From the NCBI GenBank assembly GCA_041613315.1, contig JBFJHJ010000013.1, positions 1 through 64,000 on the forward strand: 64,000 bases of DNA, given 5' to 3'. Origin of the DNA: Gemmatimonadales bacterium. GTDB lineage: Bacteria > Gemmatimonadota > Gemmatimonadetes > Gemmatimonadales > GWC2-71-9. A program made the translations under genes and the position numbers. Shown one piece after another: positions 54,765-62,463 of this stretch (position 1 is the first letter of the stretch; each line of letters begins with the position of its first letter). A model generated the notes under the pieces. It searched no databases. It was given only the letters and a program-made list of their open reading frames with translations, and was not told the DNA's origin.

Positions 54765-56095
54765 GGCGTTCGGCCGTGGCGCTGCTGGGGGAGTCGCCGG
54801 CGCGCGCGACTCCCGGCGCTGAGCCCGTGCCACACGTGGTCGCGTGGAACCTCACGCGCCGGTGCAACCTGGAGTGTGCCCACTGTTATATCGCGGCGGG
54901 GCCACAGGAGTCGGCAACGGACGAGCTGACCACCCGGGAATGCCTCCGCATCGCAGACGAGATTCTCGCCCTCAACCCCGCGCCGATGTTCATCCTCTCG
55001 GGCGGCGAGCCGCTGTTGCGCGAGGACCTGACCACCATCGCGGCGCATGCCAGCAGACGGGGGGCGACCGTCGTCGTGGGCACCAACGGTACGCTGCTGA
55101 CGGATGACCGCATCGCCGCGCTGTGCGATGCCGGGGTAAGCGGCGTCGCGGTCAGCGTGGAGTCGCTGGACCCGTCGTACCACGATCGCTTCCGCCGCGG
55201 GCACGGCTCGCTCGCCGCGACGCGCGCGGCGGTGAAGCGCCTCGGCGTGCGCGGCGTGGACGTGGTGATCCAGACGACGATTACCAAGCACAACCGCGAC
55301 GAGCTCCGACCGCTGGTGGCATGGGCGGCGGATCAGGGCGCCGTCGCCTTCAATGCGTATTTCCTCGTGGCCACGGGACGCGGCGCCCGCATGAGCGGCC
55401 TCACCCCGGAAGGCTACGAAGCCGTGCTCGAGGAGTTGGTGGACCTGCACCAGACCTACCTCGGCCGATTGATGGTCCGGGCGAAATGCGCACCACAGTT
55501 CATGCGGCTGGTCCACCGCCGCATCCCCGACTCCCCGATCCTCAACTATGCGACGCGGTGCCCCTGCGGCGTGCAGTACTGCCGGGTGACGCCGGACGGA
55601 CAGGTGACGGCCTGCCCGTACCTGCCGCTGCCAGCGGGCGACTTGCGGACCCAGTCGTTTGCCGAGGTGTGGCGCGCCTCGCCGCTGTTCCGCGACCTGC
55701 GGCAGGGCACGCTGGGGGGGAAGTGCGGCACCTGTGAGTATCGCCGGCTCTGCGGCGGCTGCCGGGCGCGTGCTTTCGCCACGGACGGCGATCCCCTCGG
55801 AGCGGATCCGTCGTGCGCGTACGAGCCGTCCGGCGACGTCCCGGTGATCGAGCCGGCGCGCGCCGTCACCTACGGGATGCCGGCCGTCCCAACCCTCCGC
55901 TGGACACCGGAAGCGGAAGCGCGCCTGCAACGCATCCCGTCGTTTGTGCGCGGGGTGGTGGTCCGGCGGCTCGAGGACTACGCCCGTCGCGAGGGGAAGT
56001 CGGAGGTGACCGTCGACCTGATGGACGAGGTGCGGAAGACCATGCCGGTGGATTTCTCGAAACGCCTGCCGTTCTTCGCGCGCCATGACCGCTGA
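54761..56095 (+). CDS. Radical SAM/SPASM enzyme, AhbC/AhbD/NirJ-like, with C-terminal PCP_red-like domain
   Basis: VAWNLTRRCNLECAHCY, SGGEPLLR, CPCG...ACPY...GKCGTCEYRRLCGGCRARA...DPSC; C-terminal WTPEAEARLQRIPSFVRG. Confidence 0.88.
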   Translation: MRRSAVALLGESPARATPGAEPVPHVVAWNLTRRCNLECAHCYIAAGPQESATDELTTRECLRIADEILALNPAPMFILSGGEPLLREDLTTIAAHASRRGATVVVGTNGTLLTDDRIAALCDAGVSGVAVSVESLDPSYHDRFRRGHGSLAATRAAVKRLGVRGVDVVIQTTITKHNRDELRPLVAWAADQGAVAFNAYFLVATGRGARMSGLTPEGYEAVLEELVDLHQTYLGRLMVRAKCAPQFMRLVHRRIPDSPILNYATRCPCGVQYCRVTPDGQVTACPYLPLPAGDLRTQSFAEVWRASPLFRDLRQGTLGGKCGTCEYRRLCGGCRARAFATDGDPLGADPSCAYEPSGDVPVIEPARAVTYGMPAVPTLRWTPEAEARLQRIPSFVRGVVVRRLEDYARREGKSEVTVDLMDEVRKTMPVDFSKRLPFFARHDR

Positions 56096-57776
56096 CCTGA
56101 CATTCCTGCTCCAGGCGGCGGCCGACACCGCGGGCGCCTACGGACACTTCCCCGGCGTCGGCGCGCGCGGCGCCGTGTGGATCGCCGCGGAAGTGCATCT
56201 CATGTTCGCGGCGTTCGTGCTTGGCGTGCCGATGTTCGCGGTGATCACCGAGCTCATCGGCATCGTCACCAAGGACCCGAAGTACGACACGCTGTCCAAG
56301 GAGTTCACCCGGCTCCTGGTCTTCGCCTACAGCGCCACGGCGTTGTGGGGCGCGGTGCTCGTCTTCTTTCTGACGACGCTGTACCCGCGGTTCTGGAACC
56401 ACATGACGGAGATCTTTCACCTGTCCATGTGGATCTACGTCGGAGTGTTCTTCGTCGAGTCCTTCACGCTCTACCTCTATTACTACGGGTGGGACCGCTG
56501 GAAGGCGGGACGGGCGAAGCTCGGCCATTGGGGGCTGGGCGTGCTGCTGAACGTGTGGGGCACCATCGTGATGTTCATCGCGAACGGGTGGCTCACGTAC
56601 ATGATGTCGCCGCCCTCCGGAGCCACGCCCCAGGGCCTCCCGCCCGAGGTGAGCCTCTGGAATGCGATCGCCAACGCGACGTGGATGCCGATCAACATCC
56701 ATCGGCTGATCGGGAATGCGGTCTTCGGCGGGACGATCGTGGCGGCCTACGCGGGCTACCGCTTCCTCTCGGCGAAGACCGACGAGGAGCGGGCCCATTA
56801 CGACTGGATGGGCTACGTCGGCAACTTCATCGCGATTTCGACGTTCATCGTGCTGCCCTTCGCGGGCTACTACCTGGGCCGGGAGATCTACGAGTACAAC
56901 CAACAGATGGGCATCACCATGATGGGCGGCTTCATGAGCTGGCTGTGGATCGTGCAGGCCGTGCTCATCGGCGTGCTGTTTCTGGCCGCGAATTACTACC
57001 TGTGGATCGGCATGGGGCGCATTCCGGGAGCGGAACGATTCATGCCGTATACGAAGTGGATGCTGCTCGTCCTCGTAGTCGGCTGGCTGGTGTGGGCGAC
57101 GCCGCACACCATGATCGCCAGTCGTGAAGAGCTGGCCGCCATGGGCGGATCGCACCACCCCTTCCTCGACGTCCTGGGGGTGATGAGCGCGAAGAACACG
57201 GCCGTCAACCTCATGATCCTCACGACGTTCTTGTCGTTCCTCCTGTACCGCCGCGCCAACAAGCGGCCCGTGGTGCCGTGGGCCAGGAGCGGCACGATCG
57301 TCCAGAGCGCCATGTTCGGCATCGCCGTGGCGGTCGTCGTGGGGTACGGCATCGCGGGGTACTTCGTCCCCGACATCGTGCGGATCGGGTACAGTGTCTA
57401 TCAGGTCCTGACCGTGCTGGCGTGTATCATCGGCGTCACGGTGGTCGATCTGGCGCTGGTGCGCGGCGCGGAATCCCGGGGGGCGATCCGCTGGGGACGA
57501 ATGCCGGAGCGCTCGCAATACGCCCTCTTCGTCTTGGCCGTGACCTTCACGTGGCTCATGGGGTTGATGGGGTTCGCCCGCAGCGGGATCCGCCAACACT
57601 GGCACGTCTGGGAAGTCTTGCGCGACACCAGTCCGTTCGCCGCCACGCCCCCGCTCGGCGCGGCCGCTAACATGATCAGCGTCTGCGTCGTGATCTTTCT
57701 CGCGCTGGTGGCATTCATCTTCTGGCTGGGTGGCCTGGCCGAGAAAGCCGTGGCCAAGCCGGCAGCGAGGGCCTGA
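56085..57776 (+). CDS. Cytochrome bd-like (CydA-superfamily) polytopic membrane protein; no cydB partner
   Basis: EVHLMFAAFVLGVPMF, FFVES, ANGWLTYMMSP, NIHRLIGN and GIRQHWHVWEVL parallel the CydA H19, FFLES, ANSWMQxP, H186 and GRQPW regions. Confidence 0.8.
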   Translation: MTADLTFLLQAAADTAGAYGHFPGVGARGAVWIAAEVHLMFAAFVLGVPMFAVITELIGIVTKDPKYDTLSKEFTRLLVFAYSATALWGAVLVFFLTTLYPRFWNHMTEIFHLSMWIYVGVFFVESFTLYLYYYGWDRWKAGRAKLGHWGLGVLLNVWGTIVMFIANGWLTYMMSPPSGATPQGLPPEVSLWNAIANATWMPINIHRLIGNAVFGGTIVAAYAGYRFLSAKTDEERAHYDWMGYVGNFIAISTFIVLPFAGYYLGREIYEYNQQMGITMMGGFMSWLWIVQAVLIGVLFLAANYYLWIGMGRIPGAERFMPYTKWMLLVLVVGWLVWATPHTMIASREELAAMGGSHHPFLDVLGVMSAKNTAVNLMILTTFLSFLLYRRANKRPVVPWARSGTIVQSAMFGIAVAVVVGYGIAGYFVPDIVRIGYSVYQVLTVLACIIGVTVVDLALVRGAESRGAIRWGRMPERSQYALFVLAVTFTWLMGLMGFARSGIRQHWHVWEVLRDTSPFAATPPLGAAANMISVCVVIFLALVAFIFWLGGLAEKAVAKPAARA

Positions 57777-57780
57777 CGCC

Positions 57781-58572
57781 ATGTGGCTCACGAACCTGAA
57801 AGTGGGGGCCGTCGGGCTGCTGGTGATCCTGTTCTATACGGCCGTGGCCCACGTGATCCCGCAGCTGCAGTCGGAAGTGCCGCAAGCCGTGGCGCTCGGC
57901 GACGATGTGAGCCCTGCCGTGCTGGCCGCCACCGGCGAACAGGTCTACAACGGTGCGGGGGGGTGCACCGCCTGTCACGGGCTGGGTACCCGCGCGCCCA
58001 ACCTGCTCACCGACTACGCGGGGCAGGGACCCATCGGGGCGCGCTGCCAGCAGCGGCTCGATGCCGACTGTAAGCGCTACCTGCACGCGTCGCTGACGCA
58101 CCCCGGTGACTCGGTCGTGCTGCCGTTCGCGAACATCATGCCCGACGTCGCCCGCCAGTTGGGCGACCCGCGCGCGGTGTGGGCCCTCGTGGCGTTCCTG
58201 CAAGCGCAGGGCGGTGAGATCACCGTGACGGCCGATGATGTCCAATCTGCCGCCGCCCGTGAAGCACCGGCGAGCGGGGGCGGCGAGGCGGTCGCCCGGT
58301 CGGCGACGATGGACCCGCGGCAGCTCCTCCAGGAGCACGCCTGTACGGGCTGTCACGCGATCGACGGGGCCGGACCTCCGATCGGGCCGTCCTTCGACGG
58401 CATCGGGTCCCGGATCTCCGCGAACCAGATCCGCCGCGGCATCCTCGATCCCGATGCAGAGGTCACCCGCGGGTTCGAACCGTTCGCAGGGATGATGCCC
58501 AAGACCTTCGGGCAGCAACTGTCGGCAGCCCAGCTGGAAGCGATCGTGCAATTCCTGGCGAACCGCAAGTGA
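57781..58572 (+). CDS. Membrane-anchored diheme cytochrome c
   Basis: CTACH...NIMP and CTGCH...GMMP in two similar domains; N-terminal TM. Confidence 0.9.
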   Translation: MWLTNLKVGAVGLLVILFYTAVAHVIPQLQSEVPQAVALGDDVSPAVLAATGEQVYNGAGGCTACHGLGTRAPNLLTDYAGQGPIGARCQQRLDADCKRYLHASLTHPGDSVVLPFANIMPDVARQLGDPRAVWALVAFLQAQGGEITVTADDVQSAAAREAPASGGGEAVARSATMDPRQLLQEHACTGCHAIDGAGPPIGPSFDGIGSRISANQIRRGILDPDAEVTRGFEPFAGMMPKTFGQQLSAAQLEAIVQFLANRK

Positions 58573-59381
58573 GCATCATGCATCAGGTCAAAGAAGCGCT
58601 CCGACATCCGTTCTGGCAGGCGGTACTGCTGCTGGTCGGGGCGTACGTGCTGTTCAAGTTCGGCGTCGCGTATCTGCCACCCGTGTTTGGCGTACCCAGC
58701 GCGCCGGTGCCCCGGAGCGTCCTGCTCCAGTACATGCTCACGGCGCTCGTCGGCATCCTGATCTACGTGAGCGACAACGAAGAACGCTGGCGCCGGTTCA
58801 AGGCGCCGATCGCCGCCACTCTCGTCGACGCCGACAAGCGCTGGCTCCGGGGGGCGCTGCTCGTGCTCGGGCCGGCGCTGGTCGGGTTCGTCGCGTACGA
58901 ACAGGTACGTCCCAAGGTGTCGGCGCCCGTCCAGCTCCGCTCGATACACCCGGCGCCGCCGGGGCAGATCACGTTCCGCGGTCAGACCATCGCGCTCGAC
59001 ACGCTGCAGAACCCGCTTCGGGCACGGGGCTCGCTCGAGGAGCACGTGGCGGCCGGCCGGCGCATCTACTATCAGAACTGTCTTCCCTGCCACGGTGACC
59101 TGCTGGACGGCCGGGGGCACTTCGGGCACGGCTTCAACCCCACGCCCCTCGCCTTCGACAAGGGGACCATCGCACAGCTGCGCGAGAGCTTCGTCTTCTG
59201 GCGGGTGGCGAAAGGGGGACCCGGCCTGCCGCGCGAAGGCGGGCCGTGGAACTCGGCCATGCCGGTGTGGGAGGACTTCCTCACAGCCGACGAGATCTGG
59301 GCCGTCGTGACCTTCATGTATGAGCAAGCGGGCGTGCAGCCACGCCAGCTCGGCGCGGGCGAGGGAGGGGGCCATGATTAG
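58569..59381 (+). CDS. 3-TM membrane-bound monoheme cytochrome c
   Basis: Three hydrophobic segments, then CLPCH and SAMPVW. Confidence 0.88.
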   Translation: MSIMHQVKEALRHPFWQAVLLLVGAYVLFKFGVAYLPPVFGVPSAPVPRSVLLQYMLTALVGILIYVSDNEERWRRFKAPIAATLVDADKRWLRGALLVLGPALVGFVAYEQVRPKVSAPVQLRSIHPAPPGQITFRGQTIALDTLQNPLRARGSLEEHVAAGRRIYYQNCLPCHGDLLDGRGHFGHGFNPTPLAFDKGTIAQLRESFVFWRVAKGGPGLPREGGPWNSAMPVWEDFLTADEIWAVVTFMYEQAGVQPRQLGAGEGGGHD

Positions 59382-60993
59382 CCGGACCGGCGGCAGGGCG
59401 GTAGGGCGGTATGTCGCTCCGGTGACCAGAGCGGCCATCGCCCTGCTGACTCTTCTCGCTGCCGGACCGCCGCACCGCCTGACCGCCCAGGGGGAGGCGG
59501 GGGAGCCGGGCAAGGCGACCTACGACAAGTGGTGCGCCGAATGCCACGGCACGACCGGCGCCGGCGACGGAAGCGCCGCCCCGTTCATGCTGCCGAGGCC
59601 GCGCGACTTCACCCGTGCCCTGTACCAGATCCGCACGACGGCGAGCGGCGAGTTGCCGACGGACCGGGACATCCAGCGGGCGGTGGACGAGGGGATGCCG
59701 GGGACGGCGATGCCTGGGTGGAAAACGGAGCTCTCGGATCGGGAGCGGCGTGACGTCATCACGTACATCAAGGCCTTCTCGCGGTTCTTCGACGGCGCAG
59801 CACCCCAGCCCCTCGATTTCGGGAAGGCTCCGGGCCGATCGGCCGATGGGCTCGCCGAGGGCCGCCGCGTGTACGAGCAGCTCGAGTGCTTCAAGTGTCA
59901 CGGGGACCAGGGCCGGGGGGACGGGCCGTCGGCGCCGACGCTGACGGATGACTGGGACCACCCCATCCGCGCGGCGAACCTGCACAAGCCGTGGACCTTC
60001 AACGGTGGCGGCACCGTGGAGCAGATTTACCGGCGCATCCGCACGGGCTTGGACGGCACGCCGATGCCGTCGTACTCCGACGCGCTTGCCGCGGGGCTGG
60101 TCACGGAGGAGCAGCTGTGGCGCGTCGCCCAGTATGTGCGGAGCTTGGGTCCCGAGGAATCTCCACCGCGCGTGCGCGACGTGTTCCGGGCGGTGCGGCT
60201 CGAGGGCGAGCTGCCGACGGGGCCGGACGACGGTGCGTGGGCGGGGGTGGAAGGGTTCTACGTGCCGCTCGTCGGTCAAATCATCCGGAAGCCGCGGTGG
60301 TTCGCGCCCCGGGTGGACGCCGTCTGGGTCCAGGCCGTGCATGACGGACGGCGGCTGGCGCTGCGGCTCGCGTGGGACGACCCCTCGAAGAGCCCGGACC
60401 CGCTGTGGCAGGAGTCGACGGACCGGATGGCGGCCGCGGTGACCGATGTGGACGGCCCCGTGCCGACGGGACAGAGCGGCGATCGGTTCCATGTGCAGTT
60501 CCCGCTGCGGCTCACCGACGGGATGGAGCGGCCCTACTTCCTGGGTGGCGACGCGCGGCGGCCCGTGTACGATTGGCGCTGGTCGAGCGCACCCGATCGC
60601 CTGGAGGAGGGGACGGCGACGGGCCTCGACCGGTTCAATGCCGCCCCGGGCGGGCCGCAGGTGACGCACGCGGCCGTCTACGATCAGGGGCAATGGCGCC
60701 TGCAGCTCACGCGGGTGCTGGTGCCGGCGGACTCGGCAGCTGCACTCACGTTCGTCGAAGGGCGGGCGATCCCGGTGGCGTTTTTCGCCGCGGACGGCAG
60801 TGACGGCGAGGTGGGCTTGCGCGGGTCGGTGAGCGCCTGGTACGCCGTCTATCTCGACGTGCCGACGCCCGTGTCGGCGTTCGTGACGCCGCTCGTGGCC
60901 GTGTTGCTTACGGCAGGCTTCGGTATCATGGTATTATGGAGAGCACAGCGGCGCGGCCGTGCGGCCGCGCGTCCTCACGCGGAGGGATCATGA
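59374..60993 (+). CDS. Diheme cytochrome c fused to an EB_dh/DOMON-like domain with C-terminal TM anchor
   Basis: CAECH...PRPRDFT...TAMPGW; CFKCH...TPMPSY; VQAVHDGRRLALRLAWDDP, DRFHVQFP, PVYDWRW; C-terminal hydrophobic helix. Confidence 0.85.
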   Translation: MISRTGGRAVGRYVAPVTRAAIALLTLLAAGPPHRLTAQGEAGEPGKATYDKWCAECHGTTGAGDGSAAPFMLPRPRDFTRALYQIRTTASGELPTDRDIQRAVDEGMPGTAMPGWKTELSDRERRDVITYIKAFSRFFDGAAPQPLDFGKAPGRSADGLAEGRRVYEQLECFKCHGDQGRGDGPSAPTLTDDWDHPIRAANLHKPWTFNGGGTVEQIYRRIRTGLDGTPMPSYSDALAAGLVTEEQLWRVAQYVRSLGPEESPPRVRDVFRAVRLEGELPTGPDDGAWAGVEGFYVPLVGQIIRKPRWFAPRVDAVWVQAVHDGRRLALRLAWDDPSKSPDPLWQESTDRMAAAVTDVDGPVPTGQSGDRFHVQFPLRLTDGMERPYFLGGDARRPVYDWRWSSAPDRLEEGTATGLDRFNAAPGGPQVTHAAVYDQGQWRLQLTRVLVPADSAAALTFVEGRAIPVAFFAADGSDGEVGLRGSVSAWYAVYLDVPTPVSAFVTPLVAVLLTAGFGIMVLWRAQRRGRAAARPHAEGS

Positions 60994-61763
60994 GACGAGT
61001 CGTAGTGGCATCGGTCTGCATCGCATTCGGCGCGTTCGCTTGCGGTGGTGGAGAGAGTGGTGGCGGTGGGGGCGCGGGTACCGGCGGTGCAGCAGGTGGG
61101 CCGAGCGGCCCGATGGGCCAGGCCAGCGTCGCGGGGGTCGTGAACTTCCAGGGTACGGCGCCCGCCAATCCGACCATCGATATGGCCAAGGAACCGACGT
61201 GCCGCGACAAGTACTCGAGCGCGCCGAGGGATCCGCAGGTGCTCGTCACCGATGGCAAGCTGGCGAACGTTTTCGTCTACGTGAAGAGCGGACTGCCGGC
61301 AGGAGCGAAGTATGCGGCGCCGGCGACCCCGGTGGAGCTGGACCAGGAGGGTTGCCTCTATCGTCCGCGGGTCTTCGGCGTAATGGTGAGCCAGACGGTC
61401 GCGATCAAGAACAGCGACGCGCTGATGCACAACATCAAAGCCGTGCCTCACGAGAACCGCGGGTTCAACATCAGCCAGCCCACGGCGGGGATGACGACGA
61501 CGCGGACGTTCAACACGCGCGAGATCATGGTCCCCTTCGAGTGCAACGTGCACGGCTGGATGCGCGCGTACGCGGGCGTCCTGGATCATCCGTTCTTCGC
61601 GACCTCGGCGCAGAACGGCACGTTCACGATCCCCCGGATGCCGGCGGGTACATACGAGCTGGAGGCGTGGCACGAGAAGTTCGGCACCCGGAGCGCGACG
61701 GTGACGGTGCCCGATACCGGAACGGTGCGCGTCGAGTTCCGGTTCAGCGCGTCGACGTCCTGA
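60990..61763 (+). CDS. Lipoprotein with cupredoxin-like core and carboxypeptidase-regulatory-like beta domain
   Basis: AFAC lipobox; LDQEGCLYRP, MHNIK, CNVHGWM; GTYELEAWHE. Confidence 0.8.
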   Translation: MRRVVVASVCIAFGAFACGGGESGGGGGAGTGGAAGGPSGPMGQASVAGVVNFQGTAPANPTIDMAKEPTCRDKYSSAPRDPQVLVTDGKLANVFVYVKSGLPAGAKYAAPATPVELDQEGCLYRPRVFGVMVSQTVAIKNSDALMHNIKAVPHENRGFNISQPTAGMTTTRTFNTREIMVPFECNVHGWMRAYAGVLDHPFFATSAQNGTFTIPRMPAGTYELEAWHEKFGTRSATVTVPDTGTVRVEFRFSASTS

Positions 61764-61776
61764 CGGGAGACGGTGC

Positions 61777-62451
61777 ATGAACTGGCTTCTGCCGGGCGGC
61801 GTCTCGACGTTCGCCGGCGACATCGACCGCCTCTACTACGTGATCCTCGGCATCACGGGCGCGGCGTTCGTGATCGTCGAGGTCGCGCTGATCTGGTTCT
61901 TGATCAAGTACCGCGCCCGGCCGGGCCGGAAAGCGTATTACACGCACGGTAGCGTCAAGGCCGAGGTGATCTGGACGACGGTGCCGGCGGTGGTGGTGGT
62001 GATGATCGGCATTCTGAGCGGCGGAGTGTGGAACCAGATCCGGGGCCGCGACAGCGTGCCGCCGGGGGCGTTACCGCTGGCCGTGCACGCGAAGCAGTTC
62101 GAGTGGCTCGTCACCTATCCTGGTCCGGACGGCCAGCTCGGGACCGACGACGACTTCGAGCGGCGCAACGACCTGCGGCTCCCGGTGGACACGCCGATGG
62201 TGATCGCTCTGACCTCGGAGGACGTGATCCATTCGTTCTTCATCCCGGAGTTCCGAGTGAAGCAGGACGTCGTGCCCGGCATGACGATCCGTGCCTGGTT
62301 CGAGGCCACCGCGACGGGTGAGTACTCGCTGGCCTGTGCCGAGCTCTGCGGGAACGGCCATACGACGATGGGCGGCACGGTGACCGTGCTGTCGCTGGAC
62401 GAGTACACCCAGTGGCTCGCGGACCCGAGCCGAACCGTGGCTTCGCGGTAG
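61777..62451 (+). CDS. ctaC: Second cytochrome c oxidase subunit II (no fused cytochrome c)
   Basis: KQFEW, DVIHSFF, CAELCGNGHTTM CuA site; 2 TM. Confidence 0.95.
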   Translation: MNWLLPGGVSTFAGDIDRLYYVILGITGAAFVIVEVALIWFLIKYRARPGRKAYYTHGSVKAEVIWTTVPAVVVVMIGILSGGVWNQIRGRDSVPPGALPLAVHAKQFEWLVTYPGPDGQLGTDDDFERRNDLRLPVDTPMVIALTSEDVIHSFFIPEFRVKQDVVPGMTIRAWFEATATGEYSLACAELCGNGHTTMGGTVTVLSLDEYTQWLADPSRTVASR

Positions 62452-62463
62452 AGGAGCGCGCAC

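Noticed and set aside
51906..56095. Photosynthesis / bacteriochlorophyll genes suggested by PCP_red domains
   Set aside because: Only the small accessory domain is present; there are no BchL/N/B catalytic domains or puf genes in the window.
59374..60993. Nitrite oxidoreductase or ethylbenzene dehydrogenase complex
   Set aside because: No molybdopterin alpha or Fe-S beta subunit in the window; only a fused gamma-like domain.
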